A stretch of 63,884 nucleotides of DNA, counting the filler, from Ministeria vibrans ATCC 50519 (Eukaryota > Protista > Filasterea), in NCBI GenBank assembly GCA_943704425.1. It is 5 parts of 5 records of this genome, joined end to end, with 100 filler letters (N's around TTAATTAATTAA, not from the genome) between each part and the next. Parts side by side here need not be neighbours in the genome. Positions count along the whole stretch, not along the records: positions 1 to 26,777 come from CALSCP010001747.1; 4 more parts are not named here. The stretch is one strand, 5' to 3'. Positions 1 through 10,740 of this stretch are shown here, piece by piece (the stretch's first letter is position 1; the number at the start of each line of letters is the position of its first letter). Made by a program: the position numbers and the translations under genes. Below the pieces are notes generated by a model that did no database searches, was not told where the DNA came from, and worked only from the letters and a program-made list of their open reading frames with translations.

Positions 1-949
1 CAGTGGACAGTCGGGGCCCTCGGCGTCCTTTGGAGTCTAGTATTGGTGTACGTACTGCGACCACATACATACACAGTAATGTTGGCTGTTATTTATGTGA
101 GAGATTAATCCCGCTCACTTTTATTTCCCATATCTGATATACAACACGCTGCCTGATGGTGTATCAAAAGGAGAGGCCGGGAAAGAGCACTTTATAAAGC
201 GAGATTCTGTTTTTCATCTGCTCGCCACACTCGCCACGGTGAAAAAAGTGGCGAGATTCGACCCGACCAACGTTGCCGTGAGTTGGGAGTATAATATTGT
301 CGCCGCCGCCGCCATAACCGAGTTCCCCAGAGAGCGTAATCAATCATAGTTGTCTACTAAGTAACCGATGTGAGGCTGATGAGTGAATCTGCGATTTTTG
401 GGGGGCGAGATCCGAGATTGGAAGGTCAAGCTAAGGAGTTCGTCGAGACAAGTGCTTCTTCTCATTAAGAAAGATAAGAACCCATTTATTCACATTTTAG
501 AAGAGAGATAGTCAGATAAGAAGAAAAGAGCCAGGGGGGTTGCGGATTTACCAGTTGTATCAAGCGAGTTCGGGTGGTAAGTGGCAAGTCTTACAAGTAG
601 TAAATCTTGCCTGGAAGGGATAAGTGGGACATAAGTGATAAGCTTACGACTTTGTTCGAACTTTGTTCGCTTTCGCGCCAATTCAAAAAATAATATTCGT
701 TGTCGCGCAAGTACGACTTCACACGAGCAAAAAGAGCATCGCCAGCAAGGACAAGCTTCTTTGATTTCTCTACAGCGACGATTCCGTTCGGCGTCGCTTG
801 GAAGCGGGGCTGGGCATGTTCTTGGATTCATTCAGGAATAAACTGCAACAGAATTGTTTTTAATGTGAACATTGGGACGTCGAGAATGGGGATGAGAAAA
901 CAGAGATAATTGTTCGATTATTATTTGTTACTACATTCTCTTTCAACCT

Positions 950-1278
950 TACAACGAACTTACAACATCCTTACAACTCACTTGTTGTAGTAAGTGGTAA
1001 GCAGGAGTTACAACTTACCACCCCCCGTTGTAGTAAGTGGTAAGCAGGAGTTACAACTTACCAACCCCCGTTGTAGTAAGTGGTAAGCTGGAGTTACAAC
1101 TTACCACCCCCCGTTGTAGTAAGTGGTAAGCTGGAGTTACAACTTACCACCCCCCCGTTGTAGTAAGTGGTAAGCTGGAGTTACAACTTACCACCCCCAC
1201 CCCCTTGTAAGTGGTAACTTACCAGTTACAAGTAGTAACTTACCACCGGGTTGTAAGTTACCACCGACCGCAGCCCTA
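950..1278 (-). mobile_element. Probable end of a hAT-like DNA transposon/MITE (TIR plus subterminal repeats)
   Basis: ACCGACCGCAGCCCTA at 1263-1278 reads TAGGGCTGCGGTCGGT on the minus strand, fitting the YARNG start of hAT TIRs, and abuts the 43-bp array. No partner TIR or transposase was seen in the window. Confidence 0.45.
984..1199. repeat. Tandem array of five 43-44 bp units with an internal inverted repeat (GTTGTAGTAAGTGGTAAGC(A/T)GGAGTTACAACTTACCACCCCCC)
   Basis: Units start at 984, 1027, 1070, 1113 and 1157 and are nearly identical, with no spacers. GTGGTAAG/CTTACCAC and GTTGTA/TACAAC are reverse complements within each unit. Degenerate copies flank the array (about 950-983 and 1200-1265). 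Confidence 0.95.
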
Positions 1279-1825
1279 TTTAAAGAGCTGTACTGAGTAC
1301 TTACCACTACAAGACAATATACAACACAAAGAGTAGAATTTATAAGAGAATTAGGAAAATAAATAGAGAATCGAGAGCTGAAATCAAAACTGTGTGAAAC
1401 GAGATGAGCAGCCCAATACTTCCGCCGTAGACTTCAAGACGAGAATGTCCCGAAAGAAGCCCATAGACCCACGGATACACCCATGAGAAGAATGTACGGA
1501 TGCTCAGGTAGACCCTGTACACGGCAGTCCCCGGTACACCATTGCGTAAATATTTGCGGCGACCCTCAGGTTCCCCTCAGGCTCAATCGGACACCATCGG
1601 AGGACCCTCGAAAGGGAACGGGAGAACTGGGTGCCAACATTCACGAGGCACTGGTGTGCCTTGGAGATGGCAGCGGTGAGAGTGATCCTCACCGCGGTGG
1701 CAGTCTGACGCGTCTCCAGTCTGTGTTTATGATTATTAAACATTCAGTCCTATTCGATTTGATTTTGGGGTTCATATTCAATTTACTTTTAAAATCAAAA
1801 AATTCACCTCAAACTCTAAGTCGTC

Positions 1826-2645
1826 ATGAAAATATACCACCGCGCGATTGAGCGTGACGGAAGTGGGTCCATCGCGCTTGAGGCGGAGGAAACGGAAGAC
1901 ATGTGGCACATTTATAACATTTTGACGGAAGGTAAAAAAAAAAAAACGTTTTTCAATTTTTCTTTTTTTTCACAGTGTTGCGTAACGATTGAGCATTGTG
2001 TTCTGTGCAGGCGACAAGCTGAAGGCAACAACGATCCGACGAGTGCAAACGGAGTCGGCAGCGGGCAGCGTGGAGTCGCAGCGGGTGCGCACGACGCTGT
2101 GCATTGAGGCAACGGCGATTGAGTTTGACACGCAAGCGTGCATGCTGCGCGTGGCCGGCCGCTGCTGCGAAGAGAACCCGCACGTGCGTCTGGGCGCCTA
2201 CCACACCATTGATCTTGAGCTCAACCGCAAGTTCACCATCACCAAGGGCCTGTGGGACTCGGTGGCGCTCGAGCGCGTCAACGAAGCGGCCGATCCAGCT
2301 CAGCGTGCCGATGCAGCCGCCTGTGTCATGGAGGAGGGCCTCGCACACGTGTGCCTGCTTACCCAGAGCATGACCATTGTGCGCGCGCGCATTGAGATGA
2401 GCGTGCCGCGCAAGGGACGCGGCACGACCACACAACACGATCGCGGCAAAGCGCGCTTCTTCCACGCGACGCTCCAGGCCATTCTGCGCCACATCAACTT
2501 TGATCTTGTCAAGTGTGTGATCATTGCCAGTCCCGGCTTTGTTCGCGACGAATTCTACGACTACGTTTTTCAGACGGCCGTGAGAGAAGAGAACAAGGTC
2601 AGACATGAAACACGAGAGAGAGAAATTTTTTGGGATGCACACCTT

Positions 2646-2691
<46 letters not shown>

Positions 2692-3262
2692 CTCCTGCAC
2701 AACACAGACTCTGATTGAGAACCGAGCCAAGTTTCTAAAAGTACACAGTTCGTCGGGCCACAAGCATGCGCTGAAAGAGGTTCTTGCGGACGCGACAGTG
2801 CTCTCGCGACTGGCCAACACCAAGGCGGCGACCGAGACGCGCACACTCGATGAGTTCTACCGGATGTTAAGTGTCGCGCCTGAGCGTGCTTTCTACGGGT
2901 TTGACCATGTGTCGCGTGCAAATGACGAAGATGCCATTGAGACGCTCATGGTGACGGACACGCTGTTTCGCAGTGCGTCCGTCGCCGAGCGCAAACGCTA
3001 CGTGGCACTGGTGGAGAGTGTCAAGGAGAAGGGCGGTGCCGTGCTCGTTTTTAGCAGTCTTCATGTTACTGGCGAACGTACAATTATACGTATATCGACT
3101 CACGCGCTGTACTAATTAATATACATTTTTTCCTGTGTAGAATTGAGTCGTTTGAGTGGCGTTGCTGCCATTTTGCGCTTTCCGCTTCCGGGCATTTTGG
3201 AGGAGGATCGGATAAGAGAACAGGACGGATCCGATTCGGATTCGGATTCGGATGATGATTGA
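1826..3262 (+). CDS. PELO: Pelota/Dom34 ribosome rescue factor (4 exons)
   Basis: Motifs EDMWHIYN, LRVAGRCCEENPHVRLGAYHTIDLE, IIASPGF, HSSSGHKHALKEVL, RAFYG and [27 protein letters not shown]. Introns at about 1932-2010, 2598-2707 and 3078-3140. Confidence 0.97.
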
Positions 3263-4451
3263 ATGAGGGGGGGGTGGGAGACTCCGAGAGTCTATGACAT
3301 TGTAACTTGTACTGCACTAAAATCTACATTAAATTCATCTTATTATAATAATAATTATTATGTCATTTTTATTAGTATTCATTCTTTTTTGAGCACGTTG
3401 AGGTTCGTTTGTTCTCGTTGGGGCATAGTTTGTATGTACTTGCGCTCGTAAGCCTCGTCTGACATCCAAATTCAATGCGAAGTGAGTAAATGTGAAACAT
3501 CATAGACAAATGTCGTTTGTCCCACTCGCCTGACCACTCACCTCAGGCAAAAATTTATTTCTGATTGCTTTGACAGACAGTTTAGTATTTCATTTTAAGT
3601 CTTTTCTGTTTAAAGATCGAGAAGAGGTGAATTGAATGTGTCACCTGTCGTTCTGTGTCAAACTAAAATATTTAATTATTAGCCAAGAGGCAGTAGCTTG
3701 GCCCGAGGGCGAGCCGGCGTGGATCAGGGCCTATGCTGACCGGATGTGTGATCTAAGTGCCAGCGGGAGGCTGCAGGCGGTTGGGGACGACCTCGACCTG
3801 TCTCCATTTGACGACGGTCGACCAGTCGAGGCGGTGCTGTTGCGCAGTCTGCAGCGGTGCCTTGCGGTCCACCTGTCCACCAATGTGACGGGGGCGCGCA
3901 TCAAAGTCAACGGGCGACTGGTCCTTGAGGCAGTCCGAAGGGCACCAGTGAGACAGCAGGGCCGTGGTCGCGGTGGGCGTCGACGCGGAGGGCATTGATC
4001 ATGATCATTGGTCCACATCTATGATTGGCCTTTTTCGACTATTTATTTTCTCAGAGCATACTTGTTTACCCTATTTCTCTTTTTTTATTAGTGTTCTTAA
4101 ATCACTTCAAAGTTCAAAGAATACGATCATAAACACTATTAATTTTTTGGAAAAGTCTTGTTGGAATAGTATGATTAGGAATAGGAATAATACAATTTAC
4201 TCGCTTAAGAAATAATTTATAATATGATACAAAAAAAGAGTAACTGATAACTTCCGGCCAAGTCACGTAAAACATTCATCCAAACGATAGAGCACCCATG
4301 GACCCACAAAGAGTATTAGGAGAGGGTTACATTTTTACATTGGAAATCCAAAATAATTATTAAGTATTAACAATCAATTTCAGTCCTCCCGAACTTACCC
4401 CGGTGCGCCTGTCTCGTGCCGGTCGCTACCGTTTGTTGATCAGAAGGCGTC

Positions 4452-5802
4452 ATGTCTGAAAGAGTACGGAACATGCCCAATGCGTTGCGTTTTGGATGAG
4501 ACTCTGTTCGCTCTCTCTCTCTCTCTCTCTCTTATGCTCTTGTTGTCGCTCTTCCAGGCTGGCCTTGCCGCGATGAAGTCCCAGAAGGGCATCATCAGAG
4601 CCGTTGAACTGGTATGCGGGCACTGTCGTGGGATAGTGACTGGCGAGAGAGAGTCAGAGAGAAAAAAAAGAATCCCACAAACTGACTTGTCTCTCTCTCT
4701 GTCTCTCTCTTTCTCTCTCTGTCGCTGTTGCGCGCCGGTGCAGCTGTTCTCAATCATTGCCTTTGCCACTGTTGCTGCGTCTCCCTACGTGGCTTTGATT
4801 GGGAGCAAGTTGCAGTTTCAGGTAGAGTCCCAATGGCACAGTCACACAATGTCTATCACTTTGTCTCTATCACTTTGTCTCTCTCTTGGTCTCTATCACT
4901 TTGTCTCTCTCTTGGTCTCTCTTTAGCACTTTGTTTCTTTCTCCTCTCTATCACTTTGTCTCGATCACTTTGTCTCTATCACTTTGTCTCTATCACTTTG
5001 TCTCGATCACTTTGTCTCTATCACTTTGTCTCTCTCTTGGTCTCTCTTTATCACTTTGTTTCTTTCTCCTCTCTATCACTTTGTCTCTATCACTTTGTCT
5101 CTATCACTTTGTCTCTATCACTTTGTCTCGATCACTTTGTCTCGATCACTTTGTCTCTATCACTTTGTCTCGATCACTTTGTCTCTATCACTTTGTCTCT
5201 ATCACTTTGTCTCGATCACTTTGTCTCTATCACTTTGTCTCTATCACTTTGTCTCGATCACTTTGTCTCTATCACTTTGTCTCTATCACTTTGTCTCTAT
5301 CACTTTGTCTCTATCACTTTGTCTCTATCACTTTGTCTCTATCACTTTGTCTCTCTCTTGTTCTCTCTATTCTCTATCACTCTTATTATTTTGATTCTCT
5401 CTTCCTCTCACTCTATCCCTTTTTTTGCTCTCCATTCTCCCTTAGATTGCTGTTGGAGTCATGGCATTTCTCGCAGCGATTGGTCTCTCCGTGTGGAACA
5501 TGCTGCAGACGGTTGGACAGCCGGTGAAGCCCATTGAGTTTGGTGTGTGTTTCTTTTTTGTTCCCATGTTCTTCCTTTCGTCTATTCTGTGTGCCACTGC
5601 CGCACAAAACACCCCTGATCTCGAGGCCAGTGCGGTAAGACCCATTACAAGAGAGGTTTGTTTCACCTGCGGAGTGACACTCTCTCTCTGTGTACCGTAG
5701 GCCTTTGGGTTTCTCTCAGCAATGCTCTGGGCGTACGATGCGACGCTCGCGTATGGCGAGTGGAAGATGGCCGACGGTGGTGGTTCGTACAACACAATGT
5801 AG
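4452..5802 (+). CDS. Small four-TM MARVEL-domain protein (5 exons)
   Basis: Spliced product MSER|AGLAAMKSQKGIIRAVEL|LFSIIAFATVA...FQ|IAVGVMAFL...DLEASA|AFGFLSAMLWAYDATLAY. The G-x-x-R-x-x-E-L and A-A-F-G-F patterns are typical of MARVEL domains. Confidence 0.8.
4850..5360. repeat. Intronic 16-bp minisatellite (CTCTATCACTTTGTCT)n
   Basis: More than 20 tandem copies with a CTCG variant, inside an intron of the MARVEL gene. Confidence 0.95.
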
Positions 5803-6217
5803 TGTAAAGTTTTTTTTTTTATATATCTATCATTGTTCCTTTTTGGTTCAACGACGCACCAATGCACAAGTTCTAACTTTGTGGTAAGGAGACTATCGCG
5901 ATCGTAGTGAGGGAGAGGGGCGTGTGCGCGTGCTGTATGTGGCGGGGTAGGCGGGGTAGAAGAGTGTGGTGGGGAGTGTGGCGATGTCTGCGGGAATTTC
6001 ATTGACTATAATTATTAATTGTTGACGACCGACGGTGGTGTTTGAGAGCCTGTTGATAATAAGTAAAGTGCAGTAAGTATAAACGTATTGCCCTCTTTTG
6101 TTGCTATCCCCACTTTTGTCTTTCAGGTTTTTCTCCCCTCCATTTTTATCTTATTATCTTATACCTTCTTTTAAGAGTTTAATCGACACGAGGTAATACA
6201 ATACAATACAAAATGTA

Positions 6218-9200
6218 TTACAAAAAGGTAGCATCAATTTGGTCAAGATCGCCAAGGACGGTGCGGAAGAGCGGGCGGTTCTCCGGCAGGTGCGCCCAGC
6301 ACGACTGCATGACGGCAATGAAGGCAGACGGAACACCCATCAGCTGGTCGGTCGCCGGACGCTCACCTGCCATCACTGCCTCCGCGACATCCCACACGCG
6401 AATGTCTTCAAAGGGCACTCGGCCAGATGCGATTTCGTACAGAACCATGCCGTACGAGAAGACATCCGCCGACAGATTGTAGACGTCGCCCCTTTCAATT
6501 TCGGGCGCGCGCCAACCCATGGTGCCTCTTCGGGTCGTCACTGCGTTGCTCATCGTCGCCGAGTCTCCTTGCTTTTGACGTGCATCCACTTGATAGCGAT
6601 CTGTGCGCAACTTGGACAACGCCCGCGACTCGCCAAAGTCACTAATTTTTGCTTGCCATTTGGAATTGACAAGGACGTTTAGTGACTTTAGATCGAGATG
6701 CACCACTGGAACCTCTCTCGTGTGCAAGAACAACATCCCTCGAGCAATATCGCTCGCAATGGACAGCCTCACATCCCAAGAGAGCCGCGTCTCCGCCTCG
6801 TCGTAGTGCTTCTGCTCCGTGTCCAATAGTCCTCGTAGACTCCCTTGGGCCATCCACTCAAGCACGATAAAGGGCATTCCTTCACTGCCGTGCTCCTCAC
6901 GTCCGCCCCCAAAGAACAACACAATATTCCTGTGACGCATTCCCTTGAGGAAGCTCAACTCAAGCAGAAAATCATCCATGCTCTGCGCATCCGTCTCCAC
7001 CACAGCAGACGTTAGTTTTTTCACCGCCACTTCATGACCCAAATACTCCGCAAGCCAAATCGTTCCAAAACCCCCGCGCGCTACCTGGCAGTCGTACTTC
7101 AAATCAGCCTCTTTTATCTCCCAAATGTTGTTCACGTCGTCCAGTAGCCGTGAGTATTCGCTGGCGTCCTTGCGTCGTGCGCGACCCTCCGCGCGCACCC
7201 GCCACGCAAGCCCCAGAGCGAGCGCAATCAAAAACACTGCTGAGATTCCAGTCGAGACTGCAATAGGAACAACGGCAATCTTGTGCGTAGGCGGTGGCAC
7301 ACAACCCGAGACCCCGGGGCCCGTACAGCCGCGTTCGAGCGAGCACGACACGTCACAGTCCACACATGATGGCGAACCGTACAAGTTCATATCGGCATAC
7401 ATAGTTAGCGGGTCGCACTCGCTGAGGCACTGAGGTACGTTGGACAAAGCCAACGTACGGGAGCTGGTTGGAGCATACGCAAGCAAAGGCGGCTGACACA
7501 CGCACGTGAGATTAAACGTGAGTGACACCACCGAATCGAGAGGCTGCACGCACGTGCCAAACGGACCACACACACTGTCGTCATGGCAACTTGCCAAGTA
7601 TTGACACTGTGGCCCCGTATAGCTGTTTCTTGAACAACAGTCGCGTGGACCAGGGCCCGAACAAAACAGTCCCGCGTTTGTGCACTCTGGGGAACAAAAT
7701 CCGTCGCAGTTGTTGGGCAGTGTTCCGTACATACCCGGTGGACATGCTGGAGGCTGGAAGTCATTATTGCCCAATGAGATGGTACCCAAGAGAGTGCTAG
7801 GGCCACTCGACTAGACACAACAACAATGTTTAAAATAAGAAAATAAACATTGATAATAATAATAATAACAAGAATAATAATACAATAATTATTATTATAA
7901 TTATTAGTATTATTATTATTATTATTATTATTATTGTTATTATTGTTATTATTATTAGTATTACAAAAACAAACAACAAACAAACAAACACACATACAAA
8001 CAAACACAATAATAATTATTATTTTGAGTGACTTACGTGCGTCGCTTGCACTGAAGTCAGCTGATTCGAAGACAAATCCAGCGAGAGCAAGGGCGGAATT
8101 GTAAAAGAGCCGCGAATTTGATTGAAGGCAAGGTTGACTGAATGTAGTGAGGCTATAACACACAAATGATACAAAATGAATATAAAACAACAAAAACCCA
8201 GACAGATTCGTACGTGGCAGTGCGCCAACAACATGCTGGATTGTCTCGAACACAACACGGTTGTATGAGAGATCAAGCACACGCAGTTGAGTGAGCGGTT
8301 CGAGTGCGGGCAGATCAACGGTGAAGATTCGATTGAGAGCGAGGCGCAAGTAGCGGAGAGACGTCGGCAGACCAAAGGGTATCGCGATGAGCTCGTTGGC
8401 CGAAAGATCAAGTGCTTGCAAAAAAGTCATTGAAGCAAACGTGTCGTCTGGCACAAATTCAATAGCGTTGCCAGCAAGCGACAGTTCAGTGAAGTTGTGC
8501 AATCCAATCGTATGACAAGTACTATGAATAAAAAAAACATAATAAATTTAATTTGAGCATCATACCTTGTTTTCTCTCAACAAAAAAGTCATTATGTTGT
8601 ACCTAAAGTTGGACAAGCGGTTGAGTGTGAGGCCCACAGAGAACAGCTGAGGGAGGCGCGAAAAAAGCCCGCAAGGAAGCGCCTGAAGCGAACAATTGTT
8701 CAACATGAGGGTCGTCAACGCGGGCAAGTCAAAGGTGGGCACGGATGCAGTGGGTGCGGCAATAGTGCGCAGCGCAAGAGAGTGCGTGAAGAGAAGCTGA
8801 TTGAGTTGGGGTAGGTTGACAAAGACGCCCGCTTGGATGTGTTCCAAACCCGACTGGACAAAGCTCATACTAAGCAATCGGGGCACGCCGGCAAACGCAC
8901 CGGGAGCAATGGTTCGCAGTTGCAAACACATGTTGCATGTGAACTGCGACATTGCGCTTGATGCGGGCAACTCGTTGCACTCAATGGTCGTCAACGGTGT
9001 CACGTCCATGGAAAATGATGCCAGCGAAGTGAGATTGCGGACGGCAGCTGGAATACGTGTCAGGAGCGTGTTGCTTAGCTCGAGTGTCGTGACACTGTTC
9101 TGTTGGTCTATGAAAAAGCGCTCGTCGAGCGACGTGATGGCAATTCCATCAAGGTTGATCAGTTGAAGCGCAGTGAGATTGGAGAAGAGATTGGGCGCCA

Positions 9201-10560
9201 ACGACGTAATGTGAGGATTAGGTCCCAGCGTAATGTAACGCAACTGGACAAGCGTGTGCAGTTGGGGCACCCTTTTGATAAGAGTCGCGCCGAGATTAAG
9301 GGAGAGCAACTGGTGCATGCTGGCAAAGACAGTGTCGTCAACCGCCTGGATGGGGTTGTGGGAGACGGAGAGGAGTGTGACGGACGGGAGGTTTTCAAAG
9401 GAGGAGGCGGGCAATGCCGTGAGCTGGTTATTTTCAAGGTGTATCGTTGTAAGCGAGGTCAAATTGGACAAGTTGGGAGTGACTGTCAGGTGATTGTCGC
9501 TGGCGAAGAGCGACGCGAGATTCGAAAGGCCCTGTAAGGAAGGCAGTTCTGTCGCACGGTTGGTGCCCACGTCAAGGCTGGTGAGCGCACGCAGGTGATC
9601 AACACGTGGCAAGGATCGAAGCGCGCACTGCGACAAAATGATCGAAGTAAGTGCCATGTTCGTGCTGAAGATATCGTCGTCGACTTCGTCAATGGCAAGT
9701 CCGTCCGCACTGAAATCTGTCAGGCCTACCAGCGGTGCAAGGAACGCCGGTGGGAAGGAGGGGACAAACGAGCTGCCGTCGAGCTCGATAGATGTGAGTT
9801 GTGTCAGGCCCACGAGCGTGTCGGGTGAGAGCGGTTGCAAGCGGTTGCAGTCGGAGAGCACAAGTTTGTCAAGCGAATGCAGAGACTGAAACGACGGAAA
9901 ATGCAAAAGACCCGTCCCCTTGAACGACAGCGTACGCAGCGAGGTCAATCCGAGAAGCAACGAGTCTGGCAAGTAGCGCAAGTCCATGTTGTAGTCGAGA
10001 TGGAGGTAGAGCAGATCAGTCGTTGATCGGAACAGATCGTCGGGCAGTGTTGGGAAGGCGCAGGCGGTCAGGACGAGCGTTTGAAGCGTACAGTTAGCAA
10101 ACGTACCCCTGGGGATTTCGACAAGAGGATTGGAAGGCATCCACACCTCCTGCAGCGCCGGCATGTGCTGCAGTGCGCCCAACTCGATGTTGATCAACTC
10201 GGCCTGTCCACAGATCAACTGTTTGAGATTCGGCAAAAACTCGCCTGAGACGGTCGCCGACAGGCTTGTAATGAGAGTGCTGGAGAGCGACAGGGACGTG
10301 AGGCGCGGGAGAGGGTGGGCGAGGGCAAAGTGTTGAATGGGATTGTAGCTGAGCGTCAACGCCGTCGCATTCCACGGAATCGCGCCCGTGTCGACCGCGG
10401 TCAGCTGCAGGCGTGAACAGTCGATGGCTAGGTTCGACGAGCACGAGCACACACTGCAGATGTGGCTGGTGCGGTCGACAAGTCCGCCTGAGCACCATGT
10501 CAACAGTGCGAGAGCCACAAGGACATGCTGGAGCATCGCTTGCACGCCGCTCTTTGCCAA
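6218..10560 (-). CDS. LRR receptor kinase: signal peptide, LRR-NT, many LRRs, EGF/furin-like Cys-rich region, TM, TKL-type kinase (non-RD)
   Basis: Exon 1 has a signal peptide, CSVCSC LRR-NT cap and LxxLxLxxN repeats. The last exon has Cys-rich repeats, a TM (VVPIAVSTGISAVFLIALALGLAW) and kinase motifs GGFG, VAVK, HLDLKSLN, DFG, GTMGWRAPE and DVFSYG. Three GT-AG introns join the frames. Confidence 0.93.
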
Positions 10561-10740
10561 ATCTATATTCTATACGAGCCAATTGAGACGAGGCTCGGAC
10601 TGTCGAGAGAGGTGAGAAATTTGAATTTCAATAAAAAATGTGTGTGTGAAAAAGAGTTCAACTGATAAGTGATTTTGATCTCGTGACTAATTCTTGTTTA
10701 TTGACTGATTACTGAGAGTCCTAGTCAGTCTCATTTCTTC

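Noticed and set aside
376-440. Hammerhead ribozyme or C/D snoRNA from CTGATGA
   Set aside because: No matching GAAA core, helices or D box at a suitable distance.
984-1199. CRISPR array
   Set aside because: Units are contiguous with no unique spacers, there are no cas genes, and the context is eukaryotic.
4850-5360. tetO-like operator array (GTGATAGAGA half-site)
   Set aside because: Only half of tetO matches, it is not palindromic, and it is explained by the GA-embedded repeat family.
4728-5537. Long ORFs over the 16-bp minisatellite and other repeat-derived ORFs (RE, LS, HT, poly-I/N/Y)
   Set aside because: They are translations of intronic micro- and minisatellites between clear GT-AG boundaries.
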